DNA from: Macrostomum lignano
Lineage: Eukaryota
NCBI GenBank assembly: GCA_002269645.1
Contig: NIVC01001855.1
Location: 124,001-188,000, forward strand
Direction: 5' to 3'
DNA: 64,000 nucleotides
In this document: in pieces, positions 50,011 through 64,000 of the stretch
Numbering within the stretch: position 1 is the stretch's first letter
Layout of the letters: each line of letters starts with the position of its first letter
Program-made: the position numbers and the translations under genes
Notes under the pieces: model-generated
Database searches by the model: none
Told to the model about the DNA's origin: nothing
What the model saw: only the letters and a program-made list of their open reading frames with translations

Positions 50011-50683
50011 AGCTAGATTGAGAAAAAGTAGAAATGAAAAAATCAGTGGGCAGGCAATTCTCCCCTATTGAACAAAAAGCGGATGGATCGAACACCCAGC
50101 AGCGCTCGGTACAATTACGGTCCATCCGCCCAGCCACCGCACACCAGGTTATTCTACTTCACAATGCCAAGCAGTGGGGAGAGGGAAAAGTTGAAGAAGT
50201 GCGAACACACCTTTCCTGTGCTGCAACACCTCGGGCTAGAGAGGTTTTATTGGTTCCCTGGACTGGCAGCAATTTTATACGGAATGTTGCTGCTTCTAGG
50301 GAGGGGGGAGTCTGGAACCCCGTTTTCATCCAGCTATCCTTGGGATATCGCGGGTAAGAAATCCGGCGGGCGCCCAGTCAAGAGATACAGCAGGCTGGCC
50401 CTGTGCCTGCGACTTTAAGGGAATACAAGCCTAAGCGGGGGCGGGGGGGGGCGCCTCGGCTACCGAATCCAGAATCCATGCATGCGGCGGAGATAAGCGA
50501 TCATTCGAATTCGGGCATCTGTTGCGACTGTGGGATCCGTGCCGATTGCCCCCCCCACCCTGCACACGCCAAAAATTGCATTCGTTCCTGTGGCACCTCC
50601 GCAGGCAATTCTTCCAGTTTTTATCTGAATGGCTGTGGATATTGTGCGGTGTACTTTTGCTGACAGCTACGGGTCTCTGCGCA

Positions 50684-51393
<710 letters not shown>

Positions 51394-52324
51394 ATTATCA
51401 ATGCATCAATTTACCAGAGTTTCTATTTAGACAGAATCGGGCCAGCAGTATCCCCGGAGCCCACCAGCCCTCAGCCTCAATCTGTTGTCCCTATTCGGAT
51501 CAGCTCGCGCGATCCCACTCGAAACTACAAACCGAATTTGCCCAAAATCCCAAACCCCAGGCTCCTTGTTAGATCGAGTCTTTCATTCCCCAGCAAGCCC
51601 CCACTCGTTAATCCCCCGCATCACACTTGTCTCCAGCGGAATCCCACCACCAGCAGTTCCTTCCTAGCAAAGGTTTGCGCTAACAAACTCCCAGCAACTG
51701 CTCCCTGCATTTGCCTGTCCGCCTGTCCCTCTCTTTTGCAACAGGGGATTTCTGGCGCGCAGCCTTCTGCACTTCGCCGCGTGAGCTCTGAGCTGGGAGC
51801 GGCTCAAATCGCGCGAATCAGTTGTTGATTGCCTTGATCAGACCGAATTTCTGCGACAAGCAAAGCAGTGGGCAGCGCTCCCCCCATTTCCCCGCACTAT
51901 ACCAGTTGCAGACAGCAAAACTCCCACAGCGAAAGAGGAGAATCCAATCCAATCCATCCATCTCAATGTCGGGAGCGCCGCTTCCTTGCGCCGTGCGGAT
52001 TTGCTGCATACAGTGACGCGTCGACCTCGTTAGGGACCCCATTTTTTCTCTTCGCCTCTAGGGGGGGGGCAGCGCAAGTTTGGTTGCTAAGCTGGGCAGA
52101 GAGAAATCCTTTAAATGGAAAACCGCCTTCGGCCTTTAAACTGCACTTTGCCCGACGCCCCCACCCCAGTCCGCTGGACAAGAAGCTGCTGCCGACTGAA
52201 TGTGTGCTAATTGAGTATCCTAATAAACCCAGGAAAAGGCTGAAGTCACTAAAAAAGTCTTTTAAGTTTGCCTCTTTCCATCGTTTCCTGTGTGGTATGC
52301 TTCATCTCATAGCTCGTACGTCCC

Positions 52325-52705
52325 ATATCCCATATCTATACCCATATCCCATACCCCATACCGCATACCCCATACCCCATACCCCATATCCCATATTCCA
52401 TACCCCATACCCCATACCCCATACTCCATATTGAGTATTCCACACCCCATACCCCATACCCCATACCCCATATCCCATACTCCATACCCCATACCCCATA
52501 CCCCATACTCCATACCCCATACCCCATACCCATACTCCATATTGAGTATCCCACACCCCATACCCCATACCCATACCCCATACCCATACCCATACCCCAT
52601 ACCCAATACCCCAAACCCCATACCCATACCCAATACCCCAAACCCCATATCCCATACCCCATACCCCACATCCCATACCCCATATTGCATATCCCATACC
52701 CCATA
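52325..52705. repeat. (CCCATAC)n-type 6/7-mer array
   Basis: Direct reading. Confidence 0.93.
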
Positions 52706-53466
52706 TCACAACGCCCTGTTCACCTTTCTTTGTATCTTCCCGATTCGAAAATCTTTAAACCCACCCCAGTGAAAAAGCAACTCAATGCAATGAGAAAACC
52801 CACATCGTCAAAACCGACCGAGTAGTCAGAGGTCAAAGGCCAGCGAGGTCAGGACTCGAACCCGTCAAATCGATTTTTCCCCAGCAACTCGTACGCAGCC
52901 AAGTCAATAATTCTGTTTTGGAGAATAAAATGTTCGACATCAACACAGAATCCTTGCTTAGGAAACTCCCCTGGTCAGAGTGTTTGCAGAATTATTTCTA
53001 GAATTTTTTAAGCTCCGCCAGTGTCTTCGAGCCAGCCCGGACCCACTCGACTACACAAGAGGTCCACTGGTCCACTTCTGGTGAAAAGCATTGCTTTTTT
53101 CAACTTATAGCTTCCTTGATGTAGATCGATCTTGAATTTTCTATCTTCAATTCTATATGCAGCCTCCCGAAGCATTCTCTGAAGGTTTTTATTGCCGCAT
53201 GTTAGCTAGCGGTCTAATTGCCTCTAGGAGCAGAAATTGAAGACAGCTTGGTTGTAAATTTTGCTGGATATTTTGCTTGCCGTTTAAGTGCGAAATTCAC
53301 CCTGTCAGTGTTGCTGAATAAAGCATCTGGTATGTGTGCCACTCACGGCAGCTGACTTGCCTCTCTTGCCTCTGTTTAACACGCTCTGGTCGCTACTAGG
53401 GATGCTGATTCTCGCTGCATCTCATGCCCTCTGTGCTCGGCTTCTCTGCCTCCCTCTTTCCCCTCC

Positions 53467-53505
<39 letters not shown>

Positions 53506-54617
53506 CTTCATCTCTCTCCTTCTCTGTCACTTGCCTTGCCACAAAGAGAACAAAGATTTGTAAGGTCCTCTGTAATCACACGAGTGTTTTTGCGTCCACA
53601 AAGACACAAACCTTTAGCTTCCGGTTGTCCGACACTGCAAACTGTACATGCAATACAAGCCGACAACAACTGTTATGGGTGGGGAACGGGTGTACGAAGG
53701 GAGCGATTCTTAAGGAAAAAATTCCCATAACGCTGCTGTAGCCCGTATGCTTGCGTGTATAAGACGAGGGTAAAAAGGAATTGGGATAAACAAGATCGAA
53801 TGCCAGAAAAGCTGCACACATGTACGCACATTTACACGCGCCTGGACAGTTTAGATCAGAAGCTATACATGTAGTTTATTCAAAAAATGTATTCCATTCT
53901 TTGTTGGCTCCCCAACGGGGGGCGCTGATTGCTAGTCCATATACTAAAAATTTATACAAATCTAAAGTCTGTCACCAAAGAACTGGAAATTTAGCTTGAT
54001 ATGAGGGGCCGCTCTGATGTGCCAGCGGCCCAGGCTCGATTCAAATGATGCAGTCACATTAATTTTGGGGCTAAAATTGGAGTCTTGGCTTGGCTCTGCT
54101 CGTGAAATTAACGCACTTGAGGGCCAACTCCCTAGGCACAGTAAATAAAAGGTCACGCGACAACCTCCAGGGCCAATTTTTGTGAAACTTGAAGTTGAAG
54201 TTGAGATCTACCCCTTACAGGTAAGCCAAGTGCACCGACTTTTAGTTGAGTCTCGTTGACAGTCAGTCCACAGCTAAACCTCAACTGTCACATTCAGTCC
54301 CCCTGTCTGTCACTGCTAATCTGACTGGGAATTTGTCTGATGTGAAGCCGCGGATAAAATGATTCCAGCCCTGCATTTCGGGGGTTTTCGGCTGACTGCC
54401 GTTGAAAGTACAAGGACTCGACACGGGGGTTGGATTTTGGCCTTTGAGATTAAAAACTAATCAAGGAAATGCTTGCATGGGTCATGTAGACAGAGGTACA
54501 TTCGCTGACGAACTTTAGCATTGCTGCATAAAACCATGTACTATCAGATAGCATGCTTTTATGAGCTGCATGGCCATAAGCAGGCCTCAGAAGACTCCAG
54601 TTGGGTGAACTTTTGAT

Positions 54618-54905
54618 CAGGGATGGAGTGACCAGAGTGATCAGGGATGGAGTGACCAGAGGGATCAGGGATGGAGTGACCAGAGTGATCAGGGATGGAG
54701 TGACCAGAGTGATCAAGGATAGAGTGACCAGAGTGATCAGGGATGGGGTGACCAGAGTGGTCAGGGATGGAGTGACCAGAGTGATCAGAGATGGAGTGAT
54801 CAGGCGTAGAATCACCAGAGAGTGAGTGAACAGAAAGTGAGTGAGCAGAAACTGGGTGAGCAGAAATTGAGTGAGCAGAAACTGAGTGAGCAGAAAGTGA
54901 GTAAA
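54618..54905. repeat. 24-bp array (GATCAGGGATGGAGTGACCAGAGT)n followed by a ~15-bp GAGTGAGCAGAAA array
   Basis: Direct reading. Confidence 0.9.
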
Positions 54906-55439
54906 TAGAACATTCCTTGATATCTTTGGTGCCTGAGAACAACAAATTTCATAGAATCTGAACTCAATCTAAAATAAAACTTCGGTGCATCAGATGCCAA
55001 ACCCTTCAAGTTGGCATTCATTTCGGCATTGCAACACTGCCCAGAATAGTTAAGCGGCTCGGCTTTTTGAAGCATTCAGATATGAAATTAGAGGCTGGGA
55101 GAGAATTATGAGGGACACGGGACCCGTAGCCGCTTTGCCGGAGGGTCTAGCAAGGAAAAAAATATCCCATGAAAGGGATCGTCAGAACGCCGCTCCGCCC
55201 CCGTTCAAGCCAGTCAATTGGGCTTTTAAGAATGGCATCCCCAACTGTGCCAGGAATTCCCCGTGTCAGTCACCAGCCAGTCCTGCGTGCTTGAAGCCTC
55301 TGGCCATGGCCTGCCCATCCATCAATTGTGCGCGACCTTCTCACTGATGCTGTCCTGTTCCGATCGCATTGCTCCAACTCTTCTGCAGTCTCCATCGCCC
55401 CTGGTTCTCTACCGTCTCTTTTTCTCTCACCTGTGTATC

Positions 55440-56425
55440 GCTCTCACCTCTAATGTCTCTCAATCTCACCTCTACTGTCTCTCAATCTCACCTCTACTGT
55501 CTCTCACTCTCACCTCTACTGTCTCTCAATCTCACCTCTACTGTCTCTCACTCTCACCTCTACTGTCTCTCATACTCATCTCTACTGTCTCTCACTCTCA
55601 CCTCTACTGTCTCTCAATCTCACCTCTACTGTCTCTCAATCTCACCTCTACTGTCTCTCAATCTCACCTCTACTGTCTCTCAATCTCACCTCTACTGTCT
55701 CTCAATCTCACCTCTACTGTCTCTCAATCTCACCTCTACTGTCTCTCAATCTCACCTCTACTGTCTCTCAATCTCACCTCTACTGTCTCTCACTCTCACC
55801 TCTACTGTCTCTCACTCTCACCTCTACTGTCTCTCAATCTCACCTCTACTGTCTCTCAATCTCACCTCTACTGTCTCTCAATCTCACCTCTACTGTCTCT
55901 CATTCTCACCTCTACTGTATCTCACTCTCACCTCTACTGTCTCTCATACTCATCTCTACTGTCTCTCATTCTCACCTCTACTGTCTCTCACTCTCACCTC
56001 TACTGTCTCACTCTCACCTCTACTGTCTCTCACTCTCACCTCTACTGTCTCACAATCTCACCTCTACTGTCTCTCAATTTCACCTCTACTGTCTCTCAAT
56101 CTCACCTCCACTGTCTCTCAATCTCACCTCTACTGTCTCTCAATCTCACCTCTACTGTCTCTCAATCTCACCTCTACTGTCTCTCATACTCATCTCTACT
56201 GTCTCTCATTCTCACCTCTACTGTCTCTCACTCTCACCTCTACTGTCTCTCATACTCATCTCTACTGTCTCTCATTCTCACCTCTACTGTCTCTCACTCT
56301 CACCTCTACTGTCTCACTCTCACCTCTACTGTCTCTCACTCTCACCTCTACCGTCTCACTCTCACCTCTACTGTCTCTCACTCTCACCTTTACCGTCTCA
56401 CTCTCACCTCTACTATCTCTCTCTC
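55440..56425. repeat. 22-bp array (CTCAATCTCACCTCTACTGTCT)n
   Basis: Direct reading. Confidence 0.95.
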
Positions 56426-57140
56426 ATTGTCTACCTTTTTGTCAAGCCGCTCAGCCGTCCGCAGGTAGCTGACTGCATCTGAGTCTCGCATAACTAGCAA
56501 AGAATCATTTTTTCATTTCCCTTTCAGCCGGGGACAAAAGCCGCATTAGAAGGCCTCTGTGAAACTATCTTTTTGGATGAACTCAACAAAAAAGGCGGAC
56601 ACAGCTCAAGGCAAATCAGTTCAGCTTTCCTTTCGCAAAGAAAATTCAAGCCGCTTGTAGTTTAAGTCTACCATAAAAGACACTAATCCCCGCCCTCCCT
56701 CGGCGACAGGTCTGAATTCTCGCTCAGCAATATAAATGTCTGATTGAGTGAAATGCCGCGGAAAAAGTCGACTGAGACACCCGAAAGCAAATGGAAAAAC
56801 ATCTTCATTTGAAGACGATTTTAAGCTGATTCTGTCCGAAAAAATTGCTTTTCTTTTAAGACAATTCATTTCCAAGAAAAGCTGCCAGGGTTTTGTCGTC
56901 TTCAGTCCACTTTTCCGCTTGCCGAACTGGATAAACTCTGTCTTCTTTTCTCCTCCAGAATCTGCAACATCTGCCAACCCAGGCCCCTGCCCAGGATTTT
57001 AGGCGGCAGAAAATCCCAGCAGCTGTTTCTGACTGCCAAATGTTGCCCGCCTCCTGCGGCCCTTTTTAATAAAAGCAGAAGCTGCTTGTCACGGAGCTGA
57101 CCATCCATCATCTCTCATCTGGGCTGCGCCTGTGCTGTCC

Positions 57141-58330
<1,190 letters not shown>

Positions 58331-59204
58331 CCTTAAGCGACAAAGTCAAGGGGACTCAATTGAGTCTGGAACGCAAAATCAATATTATTGAGAACGGAGC
58401 TACGCATTACAGAAGTATCGAACTGCATGTTTTAGACTTTATTTTCAAGCAGCACCAATCTCATCTCCCTCCCCGCTATCCCTCCCCGCTATCCCCGATA
58501 GCCCATCTATTAGACCGAGTCCCACGCCACAGCAGTATAGTAATCTAATCTAATCTGCATGGGTTTCAAGGGTTGGCTCAGCTCCAGATAAAATCTGATA
58601 ACGCAAATCGAGTTCACGGCGTGCGAAATGTCTGCGTCTTGACCCGATGGAGAGGCTGGACTGGGTGGATGAAGCAATGGCTGACATGAGCTCCTGTCTC
58701 TGAGCAGCATTGGAGCCATTGCATCACAACACCATCGCTAAATATAGGAGGACCTCCCCGAAGTCTCTTGTATTCTCAGGTCCCTCCCCGCAGCGCTAAT
58801 AGCTGTGATAAGAGTTAATTGTCACGGTTTCCAGGTGCTAATTGCTATGCCTGCTCATGACTTGTCAGCTATCTGTTCTGTCTGGGGCAGTTAATTACCG
58901 TTCTCAACTTCGGGTGATTATTTTAGGCGAATATGTCTCTCTCTATAATCAGTGATCTAACAATTAAATGAGTGTCTTTTAAATATGATTCACTCATTTA
59001 ATGAAGCCATGTGTCCAAGTGGAGTCACTTTACCGACATTACGAATATTTGAACACCTACCATAATATATTTATAAGCAATGATTTTGGTTGCGCTTAGC
59101 ACGATTCAGGGGCTGTCAGAGTGGCGCCCATTTCAAGGTGTCAGAGTGGCGCCTAGTTCAAGTTATCACACTGGCGATTATTTCGTTGTCAGGGTGGCGC
59201 TTTT

Positions 59205-60326
59205 TACAGGGTGTCAGATTGGTCCCATTTGTGTCAGACTGGCGCCCATTTGTGTCAGACTGGCGCCCATTTGTGTCAGATTGGTGCCCATTTGTGTCAG
59301 ACTGGCACCCATTTGTGTCAGACTGGCGCCCATTTGTGTCAGACTGGTGCTTATTTGTGTCAGACTGGTGTCCATTTGTGTCAGACTGGCACCCATTTGT
59401 GTCAGACTGGTGTCCATTTGTGTCAGACTGGCACCCATTTGTGTCAGACTGGCGCCCATTTGTGTCAGACTGGTGTTCATTTGTGTCAGACTGGTGTCCA
59501 TTTGTGTCAGACTGGTGTCGATTTGTGTCAGACTGGTGTTCATTTGTGTCAGACTGGTGTCCATTTGTGTCAGATTGGTGTCCATTTGTGTCAGACTGGT
59601 GTCCATTTGTGTCAGACTGGTGTCCATTTGTGTCAGACTGGTGTTCATTTGTGTCAGACTGGTGTCCATTTGTGTCATACTGGTGTCCATTTGTGTCAGA
59701 CTGGTGTCCATTTGTGTCAGATTCGTGCCCATTTGTGTCAGACTGGTGTTCATTTGTGTCAGACTGGTGTCCATTTGTATCAGACTAGCGCCCATTTGTG
59801 TCAGACTGGCGCCCATTTGTGTCAGACTGGCGCCCATTTGTGTCAGACTGTTGCTTATTTGTGTCAGAGTGGCATCCATTTGTGTCAGACTGGTGTCCAT
59901 TCGTGTCAGATTTGTGTCCATTTGTGTCAGACTGGCGCCCATTTGTGTCAGACTGGTGTCCATTTGTGTCAGATTCGTGCCCATTTGTGTCAGACTGGTG
60001 TTCATTTGTGTCAGACTGGTGTCCATTTGTGTCAGACTGGCACCCATTTGTGTCAGACTGGCGCCCATTTGTGTCAGACTGGCGCCCATTTGTGTCAGAC
60101 TGGTGCTTATTTGTGTCAGAGTGGCATCCATTTGTGTCAGACTGGTGTCCATTTGTGTCAGACTGGCGCCCATTTGTGTCAGACTGGCGCCCATTTGTGT
60201 CAGACTGGCGCCCATTTGTGTCAGACTGGTGCTTATTTGTGTCAGAGTGGCATCCATTTGTGTCAGACTGGTGTCCATTCGTGTCAGATTCGTGCCCATT
60301 TGTGTCAGACTGGCTCCCATTTGTGC
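59205..60326. repeat. 21-bp array (GACTGGCGCCCATTTGTGTCA)n
   Basis: Direct reading. About 53 units. Confidence 0.96.
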
Positions 60327-60486
60327 ATCAGATTAAAAAAAATAAAAAGAAAACAAGTCAGTAAAAGCAGTTTTTAAAGATGCAGAAGCAACTCAAATAG
60401 TTTCTATTTGAATGTCAGCCCTTTGAATTTGGAGTTAGTAATCAGTGTGATCCATCACCAGGTAATTGATTTGTCACCGCTGGGTA

Positions 60487-61131
60487 TTACACGAACATTG
60501 GGCTGTGGTTGTAGGTCAGGGTCACGGCGGCGCTGCGCTTCTTGTTGACAGCTCGGGTGCTGCTGGCGTTGCTGCAGGCGGCCGGGGGGTCCAGAAGGCC
60601 CGGCTGCGGGGCGGGCAGGAAGTCGCCAAGGATGCTGGTGCTGTCAAAGCCGGGACCGCCAACCTTCACCAGGATCGGATGGCACTTCTCGTCAATCAGT
60701 ACGTTCATGGTGGTGTTGCCGGGCATCTGCTTGGTGAGCAGGCGGGCGTTCAGGTCCTCCCCAAGGCGGATGCTGATGCTCTCGCCGGAGCCGATGTCGT
60801 CGGGCAGGCAGCGGGAGCGGTTCACGTGGGTCAGGATGCCGCTGTTGACGGGCATGGAGGAGCAGCCGTAGGCGCTGTTGACGAACACGCGGCCGCTGCG
60901 CAGGTTGATGTACATGGCGCTGTTGTAGCCATTGTTGGTGCTGGTGAACACCCCGACGCGGCCCTCGGTGAGGTTGGCGGCCATCACGACGCGCGAGCGG
61001 ATGGCGAAGTTGCCCATGTGCTGGTGGCGAGTCTCGCTCAGCATGGTGAACTGGAAGGCGTCGGGCAGGCAGCAGTCACCAGCAAGGGCCACTTGGGCCA
61101 TAGCGGCCAGGGCGATGAGCTTGAGCAGCAT
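60487..61131 (-). CDS. Ependymin-related secreted/lysosomal protein, intronless, 214 aa
   Basis: Signal MLLKLIALAAMAQVALA. Invertebrate EPDR-like cysteine pattern: CCLP near the N-terminus, GC, RCLP, KCHPILV and LDPPAAC near the C-terminus. GC-rich coding usage. Confidence 0.72.
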   Translation of the reverse strand: MLLKLIALAAMAQVALAGDCCLPDAFQFTMLSETRHQHMGNFAIRSRVVMAANLTEGRVGVFTSTNNGYNSAMYINLRSGRVFVNSAYGCSSMPVNSGILTHVNRSRCLPDDIGSGESISIRLGEDLNARLLTKQMPGNTTMNVLIDEKCHPILVKVGGPGFDSTSILGDFLPAPQPGLLDPPAACSNASSTRAVNKKRSAAVTLTYNHSPMFV

Positions 61132-61228
61132 GGCGTTGCTTTGGGAGTTGAGTTTCAGCAGGGATCAGAAGAAGCAATTAGGGAGTTTCTGGATTGCTGG
61201 ACTTCTTGGGCCTCGGAGGTCCCTTTGC

Positions 61229-61235
61229 TTTTATA
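61229..61235 (-). promoter_or_regulatory. TATA box (TATAAAA) of the ependymin-related gene
   Basis: Minus-strand CTATAAAAG about 100 bp upstream of the ATG at 61131. Confidence 0.45.
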
Positions 61236-61629
61236 GACTCACGGGATCTCCAGAACTCACTTCCGGTTGTGGTCAATTAATTAGACACACACAAAAATTT
61301 CAACTGTCACAAGTTGCTTCGTTGCTATGGAAACTGCACCAATTAAGCAGGTGTTCCTTTAATTATTCTTTCGCTTTTTGATAACTCACTGGCCTTGCAG
61401 TTAACTTGTTTGACCAGTTGGCCAAAGTCAATTAGCACCAAGACTGACGCTTGAGTACCAGTTGAGGTTGCAGCTGGGTCAGCAGCACTTATTTTTGTTA
61501 GAGTTTGTTTGCCGCAACTGACTCAGGACCTGGGGGAAAACTGCTGTAAACCTGTTTGGGACAGTTGAATGCTGAATTTTGAATGCAGATTAACAAAACT
61601 GGACCACAGCTACCCCTAACAACTCTCCT

Positions 61630-62410
61630 CTAGTGACTAACAACCCATCTAGTCTAACACCTCATCCAGTAAATGACGAACACCTCATCCAGTACTTGTC
61701 TAACACCCCCATCCAGTACTTGTCTAACACCCCATCTAGTCTAACACCCCATCTAGTCTAACACCCCATCCAGTACTTGTCTAACACCCCATCTAGTCTA
61801 ACACCCCATCTAGTCTAACACCCCATCGAGTACTAGTCTAACACCCCATCTAGTCTAACACCCCATCTAGTCTAACACCCCATCTAGTCTAACACCCCAT
61901 CCAGTACTTGTCTAACACCCCATCTAGTCTAACACCCCATCGAGTACTAGTCTAACACCCCATCTAGTCTAACACCCCATCTAGTCTAACACCCCATCTA
62001 GTCTAACACCCCATCCAGTACTTGTCTAACACCCCATCTAGTCTAACACCCCATCTAGTCTAACACCCCATCGAGTACTAGTCTAACACCCCATCTAGTC
62101 TAACACCCCATCTAGTCTAACACCCCATCTAGTCTAACGCCCCATCTATTCTAACACCCCATCGAGTACTAGTCTAACACCCCATCTAGTCTAACACCCC
62201 ATCTAGTCTAACACCTCATCTAGTCTAACACCCCATCTAGTCTAACACCCCATCTAGTCTAACACCCCATTTAGTCTAACACCCCATCTAGTCTAACACC
62301 CCATCTAGTCTAACACCCTATTCAGTACTTGTCTAACACCCTAGCCAGTACTTGTCTAACACCCCATCCAGTACTTGTCTAACACCCCATCCAGTACTTG
62401 TCTAACACAT
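61630..62410. repeat. 17/23-bp array (TCTAACACCCCATCTAG / TCTAACACCCCATCCAGTACTTG)
   Basis: Direct reading. Ends about 55 bp before an acceptor at 62466. Confidence 0.95.
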
Positions 62411-62498
62411 CATCCAGTAATTATGGAAATTTACAACCATCCACCACCCCCTGTACCGGTTCGCAGGCCGCATCAAAGGTGCCGCGGCGCCGCACAGC

Positions 62499-64000
62499 AT
62501 GACCCGCCATCCGCAGCTTCTTCCCTCTCTCTGCCTCCTGTGCCTCATCATTGTCGTTTTAACGCCCAGCGTCCGCCCGGCTGAGCAGAAGGCGTCCCAG
62601 CTTCATCACTCGTTCGTTGAGGAGCAGCCCTCGGGCACCAAGGTGGCGGACATCAAGCAGCTCATCAGCCAGCAGCTGTACCGATCTGACGAGTTCACCT
62701 CCTGCCAGTTCCGCGCCTTCGACCGGCAACACCTGGGCTATTTCCACCTGGACGCCAGCACCGGCGAAGTGTTTCAAAAGTCAAAAATCGATCGCGAGTC
62801 TCTCTGCTCCGAGGTCGGCGCCTGCTGCCCCGAGGCGCCGGACTGCAAGCTCAGCCTCAGCATCATCGTGTTCGACAAATCCCAGCCCGGCAAGGTTCGC
62901 GAAATTGTCCGACTCGACCTGCGAGTTGTCGATCTGAACGACAACGCGCCGCGTTGGAACTCGCCGCGGCTCAGTCTGGAGGTGCCGGAGCACTCGCCAG
63001 TTGGCTCTCGATTCCAGCTGCCGGTTGCCATGGACCCCGACAAAGCGCCCGAGAATGCCACGCAGCGGTACGAGCTGGTCAGCGGCCTGGACAAGTTCCA
63101 GCTCGGCTACCTGCTGGCCGACCCGGCTGGGCGGCAGGCCGGCAGCCTCTGGCTGGAGATCCGCGCCGACCTCGACAGGGAAGTCGCCGCGTGGCACCAG
63201 GCGGAGCTTGTGGCAGTCGACGGCGGCCATCCGGCAGCCCTCACCGGCAGCCTGACCGTCAACATCAGCGTCTCCGACATCAACGACAACCCGCCTCGGT
63301 TCGGCCGGTTCCCCAGGCTGGTCAAGGTGGCGGAGAACTCGCCGCTCAGCCGGGAGCTGCTGCGGCTGAACGCCACGGACGCGGATGACTCGGACATGGA
63401 GCGGCTGCGCTTCCGCCTGGGCGTATCGGCCAGCCAGAGCGTCGCCGAGATGTTCCGCGTCGACAAGCGCACCGGCTCCGTGTGGGCGATGCGGACGCTG
63501 GACTACGAAGAGCGGAAGAGCTACGACATTCCCGTGACGGTGACCGACGGCAAGCACTCCGCTGACGCCAGCGTGCGCATCGAGGTTGTCAACGAGAACG
63601 ACAACCCGCCGAAGATCACTCTGGTCAGCTTCGGAGGCGGCGGCGGCGGCAGCAGCAGCGGCAACTTCGAGCTGGCAGAGAACGCCGCCTTCGGCACCAC
63701 AGTGGCTTCGCTAGACGTCTTCGACGCCGACGACAAAGAGGAGTCGCTGTCGGTCGCCTGCTACGTGGAGCCGCCAACAGAGTTTGGCATCCTGCCGCTG
63801 TACAAATCCGCCAAGCGCAACTTCTTGGTGGTTAGCAACAGGGCATTCGATCGCGAACAGACGCCCAGCTTCACAGTGCGGATCTCCTGCAACGACAACG
63901 GCACGCCGAACCGCGTAGACAGCGTCGTGATGCGGATCGACATTCGCGACGAGAACGACAACACGCCAGAGTTTTTGCAGAATCCGCTCTTTGTGCTGCT
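62499..64000 (+). CDS. Protocadherin (delta-type/lophotrochozoan), 5' part; runs off the window
   Basis: ATG at 62499: MTRHPQLLPSLCLLCLIIVVLTPSVRPA signal, EC1 EEQPSGTKVADI...KIDRESLC, then repeated cadherin motifs DLNDNAP, A.DPD, LDRE, DINDNPP, ATDAD, LDYE, NENDNPP, FDRE and DENDNTP. No stop to the window end, so it is absent from the ORF track. Confidence 0.93.
   Translation, partial: MTRHPQLLPSLCLLCLIIVVLTPSVRPAEQKASQLHHSFVEEQPSGTKVADIKQLISQQLYRSDEFTSCQFRAFDRQHLGYFHLDASTGEVFQKSKIDRESLCSEVGACCPEAPDCKLSLSIIVFDKSQPGKVREIVRLDLRVVDLNDNAPRWNSPRLSLEVPEHSPVGSRFQLPVAMDPDKAPENATQRYELVSGLDKFQLGYLLADPAGRQAGSLWLEIRADLDREVAAWHQAELVAVDGGHPAALTGSLTVNISVSDINDNPPRFGRFPRLVKVAENSPLSRELLRLNATDADDSDMERLRFRLGVSASQSVAEMFRVDKRTGSVWAMRTLDYEERKSYDIPVTVTDGKHSADASVRIEVVNENDNPPKITLVSFGGGGGGSSSGNFELAENAAFGTTVASLDVFDADDKEESLSVACYVEPPTEFGILPLYKSAKRNFLVVSNRAFDREQTPSFTVRISCNDNGTPNRVDSVVMRIDIRDENDNTPEFLQNPLFVL

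Noticed and set aside
50034-50663. Several ~100-aa ORFs between arrays
   Set aside because: No family motif and no phase-consistent exon chain. Probably non-coding regulatory DNA upstream of the protocadherin.
52836-52900. tRNA-like B-box GGGTTCGAGTCC on the minus strand
   Set aside because: No A-box, D-arm or acceptor stem at the correct spacing. At most a SINE fragment.
53938-53960. CATATACTAAAA resembling the U6 snRNA 5' part
   Set aside because: The conserved downstream U6 sequence (ACAGAGAAG box) is absent.
56621-56977. 118-aa minus-strand ORF
   Set aside because: TTG start, no recognisable domain and no convincing splice sites.
62559-63964. GC-rich ORFs in the track on both strands
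   Set aside because: Shadow frames of the protocadherin CDS that starts at 62499.

Overview
Eukaryotic (metazoan) genomic DNA with GC-rich spliced exons and introns inflated by tandem arrays. The style is most consistent with a free-living flatworm such as Macrostomum (inference only). Spliced housekeeping genes reconstructed by hand with phase-consistent GT-AG junctions: ECI2 (-), DPCD (-), an FBXO30/40-like gene (+) and PLAA (+). Also present are an intronless ependymin-related gene (-) and the 5' part of a protocadherin (+). Between ECI2 and DPCD lies an accessory block of secreted-protein genes: a PAN+fibrinogen-domain pseudogene, a two-exon CS-alpha/beta defensin-like peptide gene missed by the ORF track, an intact secreted PAN + ALK/LTK-type glycine-rich protein, and a PAN+LamG-like pseudogene, interleaved with LINE remnants and MITEs. 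Downstream of the FBXO gene is a duplicated, in-phase pair of 3' exons that could make an F-box-less isoform. All 16 long coding-region introns carry their own tandem array. Most long ORFs in the supplied track are artefacts of these arrays.
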